Shown: piece after piece, positions 49,491-57,043 of the stretch | Layout of the letters: every line of letters begins with the position of its first letter | Position numbering within the stretch: position 1 is the first letter of the stretch | Assembly: GCA_934621385.1 (NCBI GenBank) | Contig: CAKTUI010000004.1 | Coordinates: forward strand, 18,451 to 82,450 | Length of the DNA: 64,000 bases | Origin: an uncultured Kiritimatiellota bacterium | GTDB lineage: Bacteria; Verrucomicrobiota; Kiritimatiellia; RFP12; UBA1067 | Direction of reading: 5' to 3' | Notes under the pieces: model-generated | Told to the model about the DNA's origin: nothing | The model's input: only the letters and a program-made list of their open reading frames with translations | Databases searched by the model: none | Translations under genes and position numbers: made by a program

Positions 49491-50452
49491 TGTTTTTTAA
49501 AGACCTTTTCAAATGCCTCAACCTTCGGGCCGCCCACGGCACGCCCCGTCTCATAGTACCGCTCGGCCGCAACACGGTTGTGCTTCGCATTCAGCATCAG
49601 GTGCACCATGTTGTAGTAGGCGTAGTGGTCTCGCGGATTGGAATTGATCGCCTGGTCAAGGGTGGCTTCGGCGGCACGGACATTGCCCATCGAGATTTCG
49701 CACATCGCCCGCAAATTCAAAGCCGCCGCGTCATTCGGCTTTTCCTCCAGGAGTTCCCGAACCGTCAGCAGGGCGGCTTCGTAGTCGCCCTTCCGGACGT
49801 CTTCGCCCGCCTGCAGGAGCCGCGCCTTCCGGTTCTTCGGATCCGCCGCGAGCAGACGCGCAATCTCCTCATTGACGGCCCGCGTCGCCCGCGCCTTCTC
49901 CGCCGCCTTCTGCGTCACCTTGTCGCGCTGGTGGGCCTTCTCGACAAAGGCGTCGACCTGCCGCTCAAGCTTGGGGGCCGCCGGCTGGGAGTCGCCCTTC
50001 ACCGTGTTGGACGCGGTCGCGGCAGTCTTCGCCTGCACAGCGGCGGCACGCTTGGCGGCGAACTTCTTCTCAAGTTCCGTCGTATCCGTCACGGCGACGG
50101 CCTTCGCATTGCTCCGCGCCTGTTCAAGAAGAATGGAGTCGATGGCCGCGTTGACATAGGCCCGCTTGACGCGCACCGTCGCAAATTCGGGCGTCGCCGC
50201 CCGCTCGGGATTCTCGTTCTCAACCCGCTCAAGTTCGGCAAGCGCCTTGCGGTAGCACTCGACGGCCTCGTCCGTGCGCCCATCCGCCATGAGGTCGGAC
50301 GCCTCGTCAATCGCCAGGCTCGCCGGCTCCATCAGAACCGAGAGACGCGGCAACTCGGGCTCCTTCTCGTCCGATCCAAAGGGCCAATACCACGCCGCCT
50401 GCACCCCAAAAGCGAGTGCAGTTGCCAGTACAGATGCCAGAAAACTCTTCAT
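49487..50452 (-). CDS. Secreted TPR-repeat protein
   Basis: Signal peptide MKSFLASVLATALAFGVQA. TPR-like units (YRKALAELERV..., DYEAALLTVRELLEEKPNDAAALNLRAMCEISMGN..., YYNMVHLMLNAK). Confidence 0.6.
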   Translation of the reverse strand: MKSFLASVLATALAFGVQAAWYWPFGSDEKEPELPRLSVLMEPASLAIDEASDLMADGRTDEAVECYRKALAELERVENENPERAATPEFATVRVKRAYVNAAIDSILLEQARSNAKAVAVTDTTELEKKFAAKRAAAVQAKTAATASNTVKGDSQPAAPKLERQVDAFVEKAHQRDKVTQKAAEKARATRAVNEEIARLLAADPKNRKARLLQAGEDVRKGDYEAALLTVRELLEEKPNDAAALNLRAMCEISMGNVRAAEATLDQAINSNPRDHYAYYNMVHLMLNAKHNRVAAERYYETGRAVGGPKVEAFEKVFKKQ

Positions 50453-50461
50453 TGCCCGATA

Positions 50462-51289
50462 TTATAGCAAAAATGCCGCGTCTCGGGTGGCGACGAAGTC
50501 AAGAAGGTCGCCGCGTTGCGCGGCAAACGCGTAGGGAACGCCAAGGTCCGCAACCGAATGGGCATCCGACGAAAGCACGTAGCGGTTCTTCCCCCCTTGT
50601 GCCTTCAGCAGACCGTAAAAGTGCCGCGATGGATAGAAATCCGTCCGCCACCCTCGGGCAATGCCGCCGGAATTCAGTTCCACGACCTTTGTGGAGGACT
50701 CAATCGCCTCAATCGTCCGGCGAATCTCCTCCTCATACCAGGTCGCCCGTTCGTCAATGGTGGGATGCTTCTCGTTGAACTTCAGCACGAGATCGACATG
50801 ACCGAGGATGTCGAAGTCGCACGTCGCCAGCATTTCGCGAACCTGACGGTAGTAGGCGCGAACAAACGCCGCGACATCTCCACCGAAGTGCCGCGCAATG
50901 CCCTCGCGCTGGGTTTCGGGAGATTCGTCCACGGGAACAAGCCCACCATCCGGCGCAACGACCCCGTGCACCGACCCGATGACGTAGTCAACGCCGTATG
51001 GCGCGTAGACGGCACGGTCAGGGCTTGAACGCCCGGGGATGTAGTCGGCCTCAACTCCGCACAGAATCCGCATCTTTCCCCGATACTGCGTGGCAAGTTC
51101 CCGAATCTCCCGGACATAGCGCGGCAGTTTTTCGCGAGAGAGAACCCAGTCGTACGACTCGTCCGGCAGCATGGCGTGGGAGGAGAAGCCGAGCGTCCCC
51201 AGCCCGAGCCGCATCGCTTCGGCCGCCATCTCTGCCGTCGTGTTGCGTCCGTCGCACCAGGTCGAATGCGTATGGTAGTTAGCCTTCAT
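50462..51289 (-). CDS. PHP-family histidinol-phosphatase (HisK/HisJ type)
   Basis: MKANYHTHSTWCDG (HxH), GFSSHA, GVEADY, GSVHG and SSDAHS: the PHP metal-ligand series. Confidence 0.75.
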   Translation of the reverse strand: MKANYHTHSTWCDGRNTTAEMAAEAMRLGLGTLGFSSHAMLPDESYDWVLSREKLPRYVREIRELATQYRGKMRILCGVEADYIPGRSSPDRAVYAPYGVDYVIGSVHGVVAPDGGLVPVDESPETQREGIARHFGGDVAAFVRAYYRQVREMLATCDFDILGHVDLVLKFNEKHPTIDERATWYEEEIRRTIEAIESSTKVVELNSGGIARGWRTDFYPSRHFYGLLKAQGGKNRYVLSSDAHSVADLGVPYAFAAQRGDLLDFVATRDAAFLL

Positions 51290-51293
51290 CTGT

Positions 51294-52430
51294 TCATACC
51301 CTCACAAGCGGTGAACCTGAAACAAGACGGATGCTGCTTGCCGCCGCAAGCACCATCCCGTAATTGACAATCGGCACGTTCGCCCTGCGGCAGACGGCAA
51401 TTCGTTCCTGGACTTCGCGGCGCGTCAGCATGCAACCGCCGCACTGGACAACCAAGTCAAATTCGCGCCCCTCCGAATCCCGCAGAGGAAAATCGCGTCC
51501 ACTCGCAAACGAGAACGCGAGTTCCCCCTGCGCCAGCTTCCGCAAGGCCTTCGGCAACTTGACCGTACCGATGTCCGCGCACTGGCGGTGATGGGTGCAC
51601 CCTTCTGCAACAAGCACACGCGCTCCCGCGCACAGGCCGTCCAGTGCCCGCAGTCCGCGCTCGTACTCGGACAGGTTCCCCTTCTGCCGCGCAAAGAGGA
51701 TGGAGAAGGACGTCAGCCGTACCGTGGGGGCGACCGCGAGAATCGTGCGCCGCACGGCGGCGAACGCCTGCGAGTCCGTCACGACGAGGTCGGGCGGCGG
51801 CTCACCGCGAAGTGCCGCGCCCAGGGTCTCGGGCTGGCAGACGGTGCAAAACGCCCCGACATCGAGACAGGCACGAATGACCTGCTGCTGCGGCAGAATC
51901 AGCCGCCCCATCGGCGCGGACGCATCAATGGGACAGACGCAGACGACACGCGCACCCGCCGCGACAAGCCCCGCCAAGAGCGGTGGCGGCTTCTCGCCCA
52001 GCGTCAGCGCGGCAATTCGGTTCTTCAGTCCGTCAACGCTCTCGCCGCGATGGTAGACGAGCACAGCCACGTTCCGCCGCCGACACTCCGCCTCAATCGC
52101 TTCAAGATAGGGGCGGTCGTCCGCGTCGGACGAGGCCACCCAGAGGACCACGTCAGCGGTGGACAGCACCTCCCGCGTCCGCCGCACGCGCATTTCGCCC
52201 AACGTGCCGACATCGTCCAGTCCCGCCGTGTCCGTAATCAGGCAAGGGCCAAGCGGACGGATTTCCATCGCCTTTGAGACGGGGTCGGTCGTCGTGCCGG
52301 CCACCTCGCTCACGAGTGCGACGGGTTGCCCGACCAGGGCATTGACGAGCGTGGACTTCCCCGCATTCCGCAGCCCGAAGACGGCGATGTGGATTCGGTT
52401 GCCACGCGGCGTCTCCGTCAGGTCGGCCAT
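51294..52430 (-). CDS. hydF: [FeFe]-hydrogenase maturation GTPase HydF
   Basis: GLRNAGKSTLVNAL (P-loop), VAGTTTDPV, TDTAGLDD, CPIDASAPMGRLILPQ, EGCTHHRQCADIGTVKLP and VVQCGGCM follow the HydF layout along its whole length. Confidence 0.8.
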   Translation of the reverse strand: MADLTETPRGNRIHIAVFGLRNAGKSTLVNALVGQPVALVSEVAGTTTDPVSKAMEIRPLGPCLITDTAGLDDVGTLGEMRVRRTREVLSTADVVLWVASSDADDRPYLEAIEAECRRRNVAVLVYHRGESVDGLKNRIAALTLGEKPPPLLAGLVAAGARVVCVCPIDASAPMGRLILPQQQVIRACLDVGAFCTVCQPETLGAALRGEPPPDLVVTDSQAFAAVRRTILAVAPTVRLTSFSILFARQKGNLSEYERGLRALDGLCAGARVLVAEGCTHHRQCADIGTVKLPKALRKLAQGELAFSFASGRDFPLRDSEGREFDLVVQCGGCMLTRREVQERIAVCRRANVPIVNYGMVLAAASSIRLVSGSPLVRV

Positions 52431-53000
52431 TTAGACGGCGCTCCACCCGTTGTAGGCGTTCATCGCCTGATCAGGTCCGTTCCTCAGAATCGCCTCCGCC
52501 ATACGGACGGATTCCGCGACCACGAGTGAGATCGTCTTGCGCGTCGCCGGGTCGAACTTGCCGAGGACGTGCGCGATGACGTTCGAACGGTCCTTGCCAA
52601 CGCCCAGCTTCAGACGGACGAATTCCTGCGTCCCCAACCGCTCGATGATGTTCCGAATGCCGTTGTGCCCACCGCAACTGCCGTTCTTGCGAATGCGCAC
52701 ACGCCCAACCGGCAAGTCGATGTCGTCCTGAATGACCAGCAGATCGGACGGCCTGGCGTTGCTATACTTCACGACTGGCGCGATGGAATCACCCGAAAGA
52801 TTCATGTAGGTCTGCGGCTTCACGAGGATGACGGCCTGCCCCGCAAAAGTGCCGCGGGCCATCAGGCAGTTGAACGCCTTCTTCGTCTCCCAGGCAACGC
52901 CCATTTCCGCCGCGATTGCATCCACGGCCTCAAAACCAACCGAGTGCGGAGTATTCTCATACTGCGCACCCGGATTGCCAAGTCCTGCAATAACCTTCAC
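52431..53000 (-). CDS. pth: Peptidyl-tRNA hydrolase
   Basis: MKVIAGLGNPGAQYENTPHSVGF, VIQDDIDLPVGRVRIRKNGSCGGHNGIRNI. Confidence 0.9.
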   Translation of the reverse strand: MKVIAGLGNPGAQYENTPHSVGFEAVDAIAAEMGVAWETKKAFNCLMARGTFAGQAVILVKPQTYMNLSGDSIAPVVKYSNARPSDLLVIQDDIDLPVGRVRIRKNGSCGGHNGIRNIIERLGTQEFVRLKLGVGKDRSNVIAHVLGKFDPATRKTISLVVAESVRMAEAILRNGPDQAMNAYNGWSAV

Positions 53001-53001
53001 G

Positions 53002-53967
53002 TCACTCGTGATTGAAGAGATCGTTGATGGACTCGTTCATGTGCGTACGCTTGATGGCCTCGCCAATCAGCGGCGCAACGGAAAGCTGGGTCAGCTTGAA
53101 CGGCAGCTTCGAGGGGTCGAAGCCCTTGCGGAGCGGAATCGAGTCCGTCACGACAAGTTCGTCCAGCTGGGTCTCATGGGTGAGGCGGTCAACGCCCTTC
53201 TCGGTCAGCGGGAAGTGCGAGACGAAGGCGTGGACGCTCTTCGCACCGTTGTCGCGGCACATCTTGGCCGCCGCGCTCAGCGTACCGCCCGTCGCCGTCA
53301 TGTCGTCGACCATGATGACGTCGCAATCCTTCACGTCGCCGACCACGCTGAACGCGTCGACGGTCGAGTCGCCCGTGCGCTGCTTGGCGACGATGGCCAG
53401 CCCGCAACCAATCTTGCGGCTGTAGCCGTAGGCCGTCTTCGCCCCGCCGGTATCCGGCGAAACGACGACCGGCTTCGCCCAGTGCTGGTCGCGGATGTAC
53501 TTGAGAATGACCGGTTCCGCCCGCAGGTGGTCGAGCGGGATGTCGAAGAAACCCTGAATCTGGTTCGCGTGCAAGTCCATCGTCAGTACGCGATCCGCAC
53601 CGGCCGTCTGGAGGAGGTTCGCAATCAGCCGCGCCGTAATCGGCACGCGGGGCTGATCCTTGCGATCCTGCCGCGCATAGCCGTAGTAGGGCAACACGGC
53701 CGTAATGCGGGCCGCCGAACCGCGCTTGAGCGCATCCATAATGACGAACAGCTCCATATAGGCTTCGTTCGGCTGGGGCGAACCCGACTGAATCACGAAC
53801 ACGTCCTTGCCACGCACGGGGTCGAGGACCTGACAGAAGGTCTCCCCGTCCGGGAAGTGCTTGATGTCAATCTTGTTCAGCGGCTTGCCGAGATAGTTCG
53901 CCACCTTTTCGGCCAGCGGCAGGTTCGCCGTGCCCGAAAACACCATGAAGTCATTAGAGTCGCTCAT
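53002..53967 (-). CDS. prs: Ribose-phosphate pyrophosphokinase
   Basis: ORF 53002..54228 trimmed to the ATG at 53967 (MSDSNDFMVFSGTANLPLAEKVA). PYYGYARQDRK, DLHANQIQGFFD and VIMVDDMTATGGTL. The upstream part of the track ORF is only a translation of array c. Confidence 0.9.
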   Translation of the reverse strand: MSDSNDFMVFSGTANLPLAEKVANYLGKPLNKIDIKHFPDGETFCQVLDPVRGKDVFVIQSGSPQPNEAYMELFVIMDALKRGSAARITAVLPYYGYARQDRKDQPRVPITARLIANLLQTAGADRVLTMDLHANQIQGFFDIPLDHLRAEPVILKYIRDQHWAKPVVVSPDTGGAKTAYGYSRKIGCGLAIVAKQRTGDSTVDAFSVVGDVKDCDVIMVDDMTATGGTLSAAAKMCRDNGAKSVHAFVSHFPLTEKGVDRLTHETQLDELVVTDSIPLRKGFDPSKLPFKLTQLSVAPLIGEAIKRTHMNESINDLFNHE

Positions 53968-53997
53968 TGTCAGAAATACCTTTCGGTTGGTTGGGAT

Positions 53998-54006
53998 ATT
54001 ATACCA
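53998..54006 (-). promoter_or_regulatory. Extended -10 promoter (TGGTATAAT on the minus strand) for prs
   Basis: Reverse complement of 53998-54006 is TGGTATAAT, 30 nt upstream of the prs ATG. The context TTTGTGGTATAATAT is identical to the galE promoter. Confidence 0.5.
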
Positions 54007-54075
54007 CAAAATTCGATTGCACGGGGCGGGAGCTTGCGCGGCGGAAAGTGGAAGATGCCGCGAGATAGCTCGTTC

Positions 54076-54428
54076 TTCTGCACGGAGGACGAATTCGCTT
54101 CTCCGGGCAGAAGCGTTTCCCTTCTCCGTGACGAGCGAGTCCCGCCCTCCGTGCAGAAGCGTTCCGTTCTCCGTGGAGAGGCGTTCCGTCCCTTCGGGAA
54201 GAAGCGTTTCCCTCTCCGTGCAGACCATTTCTCGTCATCGCGGAGAAGCACTGTGCCTCTACACGGGGAGGCCTTGCCAACTCTGCACGGAGAACGCGTC
54301 GGTTCTACACGAAGAACGGAACGCTTCTACACGGAGAAAGTGTCAAGTCAACACGGAGAACAAAGCGATTCTACACGAAGAAAAAACCAAGTCTCCGTGT
54401 AGAAGGGAAACCGTTCTCCGTGTAGACT
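54076..54428. repeat. Array c: 16 units of the 14-bp motif TTCTCCGTGCAGAA / TTCTRCACGGAGAA at 22-24-bp spacing, with orientation blocks
   Basis: Motif centres: 54082.5(F), 54105.5, 54128.5, 54151.5, 54173.5, 54196.5, 54218.5 (all R), 54240.5, 54263.5, 54287.5, 54309.5, 54331.5, 54353.5, 54375.5 (all F), 54397.5, 54421.5 (R). Spacers are variable. Confidence 0.85.
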
Positions 54429-54443
54429 TCGCCGCGATGCGGA

Positions 54444-54480
54444 CAAAAAAAGAGCGGGCGCGGTCACGACCGCCGCGCCG
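54444..54480 (-). terminator. Rho-independent terminator of unit B
   Basis: The minus strand reads GGCGCGGCGGTCGTGACCGCGCC (GC-rich hairpin) followed by CGCTCTTTTTTTG. It lies 19 nt after the unit B stop codon. Confidence 0.6.
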
Positions 54481-54498
54481 GGCCTGCCGCCCTGCGCC

Positions 54499-54846
54499 TT
54501 AGGCGGCCGCCGACACGGCCGTGCGGCCCGTGACGCTGACGGCGCCGTCCCCCACGCCCGAGGGCGTGCGGAGCGTCATCCAAATCCCTGCGCCCGCTGG
54601 CGTCTCCCCGTGTGCGGACGGGAAGGCGAACGCGGCGAAAGCGCAAGTGGGACTTGTGAGCGGCGGCGCCTCCCCGCGCAAGGACGGGAAGTCGAACCCC
54701 CGGGTCTCCGGGGAAGTCCTCGGCTGGTGACGGTGCACGCATCGGCACGCCCCTTCCGCGGCGGCGTGGTTGGCGAGACGTGTTCCGGCGGCCGACGGAC
54801 CGAGATCCGCCGCGCACCCCATCTGATGTTCCGACTTTAAAGTCAT
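54499..54846 (-). CDS. Hypothetical 115-aa Ala/Pro/Gly-rich protein (unit B)
   Basis: GAGGAGG 7 nt upstream of the ATG at 54846. About 80% of codons end in G/C by hand count. Stop TAA is followed at once by the terminator. Has its own promoter. Contains an internal 22-aa repeat (FDFPSLRGEAPP / FAFPSAHGETPA). No recognisable domain. The antisense frame shares third positions, so the periodicity alone does not fix the strand. Confidence 0.4.
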   Translation of the reverse strand: MTLKSEHQMGCAADLGPSAAGTRLANHAAAEGACRCVHRHQPRTSPETRGFDFPSLRGEAPPLTSPTCAFAAFAFPSAHGETPAGAGIWMTLRTPSGVGDGAVSVTGRTAVSAAA

Positions 54847-55027
54847 TCCTGGTCCTCCTCTACGGATTCTCCTGTCCCCCGCACGACCCTTGGGCACGCA
54901 CCCAACGACGGGCGCACGGGGAGTGTCGGCATCAATTACGACCCTCGCAGCGACTCATAAAATCGACTGCTGACGAGGCGGTCTCACCGTGATTTCGAGT
55001 GGAAACTCACTCCTGCCAACGCCCGCA

Positions 55028-55056
55028 ATTGTACCAAATCCCCGTCCGTTTTGCAA
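55028..55056 (-). promoter_or_regulatory. Strong sigma-70-type promoter of unit B
   Basis: On the minus strand: TTGCAA (55056-55051), 17 nt, TGG-TACAAT (-10 at 55033-55028). It predicts a ~175-nt 5' leader before the ATG at 54846. Confidence 0.55.
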
Positions 55057-55104
55057 GGGGGGGGGGTGCCGCCGTGCGCGGAATTCACGGCGGCGATTCC
55101 GTGT

Positions 55105-57027
55105 TTACCGCTGCGGACCGCCCGGGATTTCGCGCAACTCGCCGGGTGCAAGCGTCAGGGTCTGACCCCGGAATATGACCGTGCGCGGCGAAATGCAGTC
55201 CGTATTCAGCAAATACGCCCGATCGCCGTAGACGCTCCAGTTGATGTAATCCCTGTCGGGGCCCGCCACGTGCTCGCCCTGCACGCCCCCGAGCACACCC
55301 GTGAGGAGCGTCTTCCAGAACGCAAGCCGGAAGCCCGCCCGATAGGACGGGAACTCCTCCATCTCGCGCCGCGCCGCCGGATAGTCCCAGGCAAGGCAGA
55401 GCCAGTACGTCCCCTTCCCGTGGCGAACCTTCACGAGATAGGGCTTCTTGCCGAGCGTCGCGACCGCCTGCGCATTCGCCCCCAAGTCCGCGTCGGCCAC
55501 GCGCAACTTGACCGAGAGATGCGCCGGGTACGCCGCCTTGAGGAAGTCGGGCGTCGCGTCATTCGTCATGAGAATGTCCTCAATCAGTTCCGGGGACTTC
55601 ACGGTCACGCCCGGCACGGCCTGCACGAGATCCGCCGCCGTGTAGTTCGCATACTCGCGGTCGAGCCGCGCCGACAGCTGCGGAACGGTCAGGACGACCG
55701 TGCCGCCCTGGGCGACGTAGTCCCGGAGCGTCGCGGCAATCTTCGGTGTCATCGTGTTCCAGCCGCCGAAGGCCACGGCCTTGTAGCGCGCCAGATGCCG
55801 CACCGTCAGCGCATCGTCCGCATTCACCACGTCGAGCTGTCCGTAGGGCGTACCGCCCAGCCAGCCGTTCGCATAGGGCTTCAGGCAGTCGGTCGGACGC
55901 GGGAAGAACGTCTCCATCACCGCCTCCCAGGTGAATTCGGGTGCGCCGACCTTCCAGTTCGCATTCGTCTTCGCGAGATGGTGCTGACCGTAGATGGCGA
56001 AGATGTCGTGCGTCATGCCGACGTAGCCGTCGTAGTTGCCGATGAGCAGCGCGGCCTCGACATGCGGCGTTCCCTTCGCACGCGGATGCGCCTTCGTCCA
56101 CTGGTAGAACTCCTTCATCGTGCGCCGGTAGGCCTTCGGCACGTCGCCGTCATACCCCTGCTTCGGAGTCTTGAATTCGGCCATCGTGCCGTCCGGCGGC
56201 GTGTAGTCCTGGGCCTGAGTGGACTGCGAACCCGACTCCAGCACCATCATTCCCGTGCCCATGAGCCACATTTCCTTCAGACCGATGAGGAGCGAGTCGT
56301 ACTTCTGCTTCACGCCATAGGGGACGCGTGGCCAGCAGGTCTGCCACTCGTGCGCAAGCCACGCGCTCCACCAGTCGCCGCCGCGCCGCCGCGAGGCCCC
56401 ACGCGCCTCGGCCGTCGCATACGCCAGGTTGCCGCATCCGACCGCATACATCTCGTTGCAGATGTAGTCGATGCCGCCATCCAGCTCGTAGCAGGCGAGC
56501 GGCGAACCCGACGTCGAGAAGACGTTCGGCTCGCGCTCATCGGCCGGACGCGCCAACTGGTTCTTCTTCGGCGCGGCGAGCATCTTGCCGACGAGCCAGT
56601 CGTGCGCCTCCTTCAAATCGCGGCACTTCGGCCAGTCCTTGAAGTAGCTCTTCTCGTCCTGGTAGAGAAAGCCCGCATATTCGCCGATGTTGTTGCCGAG
56701 GTAAAGCGGACCCCACGCCTTGCGGAGTTCCTTCGTCCGCGCCCCGCTCTGGTCGCCGTAGATGGTCATCACGTGGATGTTGTTCGCCTTCGCCCAACGG
56801 TACCAGTCCTTGCCAATCTTCTCGGGCAGCAGGTTCTCGCTCTTCGCCCACTGCACCCAGAGATTGCATTCGTCGTTCGTCATCAGTTCGCGGTACTCGG
56901 GACTCGTCCCGTAGCCCGTCACCCCGACGAGGATGTCGTTGCCGACGACGGGACACCTCGTCGCCGCGCAAAGCGCCGCGCCGAGCGCGGTGGAAAGAAT
57001 GGTCAGTATCAGTTTTGGCGGTCTCAT
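55105..57027 (-). CDS. Secreted protein of an unassigned GH-like family (putative clan GH-A barrel plus GH42-like C-terminal module)
   Basis: Signal peptide MRPPKLILTILSTALGAALCAA. GGIDYICNEMYAVG (NE), AHEWQT, KQKYDSLL, MMVLESGSQ (E), GGTPYGQLDV and FGGWNTMTP. Colinear with the C-terminal 640 aa of the neighbouring giant protein. Confidence 0.5.
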   Translation of the reverse strand: MRPPKLILTILSTALGAALCAATRCPVVGNDILVGVTGYGTSPEYRELMTNDECNLWVQWAKSENLLPEKIGKDWYRWAKANNIHVMTIYGDQSGARTKELRKAWGPLYLGNNIGEYAGFLYQDEKSYFKDWPKCRDLKEAHDWLVGKMLAAPKKNQLARPADEREPNVFSTSGSPLACYELDGGIDYICNEMYAVGCGNLAYATAEARGASRRRGGDWWSAWLAHEWQTCWPRVPYGVKQKYDSLLIGLKEMWLMGTGMMVLESGSQSTQAQDYTPPDGTMAEFKTPKQGYDGDVPKAYRRTMKEFYQWTKAHPRAKGTPHVEAALLIGNYDGYVGMTHDIFAIYGQHHLAKTNANWKVGAPEFTWEAVMETFFPRPTDCLKPYANGWLGGTPYGQLDVVNADDALTVRHLARYKAVAFGGWNTMTPKIAATLRDYVAQGGTVVLTVPQLSARLDREYANYTAADLVQAVPGVTVKSPELIEDILMTNDATPDFLKAAYPAHLSVKLRVADADLGANAQAVATLGKKPYLVKVRHGKGTYWLCLAWDYPAARREMEEFPSYRAGFRLAFWKTLLTGVLGGVQGEHVAGPDRDYINWSVYGDRAYLLNTDCISPRTVIFRGQTLTLAPGELREIPGGPQR

Positions 57028-57043
57028 CTTTCTTATCTCCTTA

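Noticed and set aside
54076-54428. A chromosomal replication origin (DnaA-box cluster) or a parS cluster.
   Set aside because: The core TTCTCCGTG matches the DnaA box TTATCCACA at only 6 of 9 positions and does not match parS (TGTTNCACGTGAAACA). No dnaA, dnaN, parA or parB gene and no AT-rich unwinding element is nearby. Iteron- or centromere-like function is kept only as a hypothesis in the findings.
54076-54697. A CRISPR array, considering both array c and the two 28-bp repeats at 54604-54631 and 54670-54697.
   Set aside because: The array c period is 22-24 bp with 14-bp cores and 8-bp spacers, far too short for repeat-spacer units, and the cores switch orientation. The 28-bp pair has only two copies. 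No cas genes are in the window.
54444-55021. tmRNA (ssrA): the unit B ORF ends in ...AVSAAA-stop, like a proteolysis tag, and a GGTTCGACTT element is present.
   Set aside because: There is no tRNA-like acceptor stem or canonical T-arm (GGGGGTTCGACTTCCCG does not form a 5-bp stem with a 7-nt loop). There is no GGGG...GGNTTCGAC 5' signature and no 3' CCA context. The terminator follows the stop immediately, where pseudoknots and the tRNA-like 3' end would be needed. The ORF also has a normal RBS and ATG.
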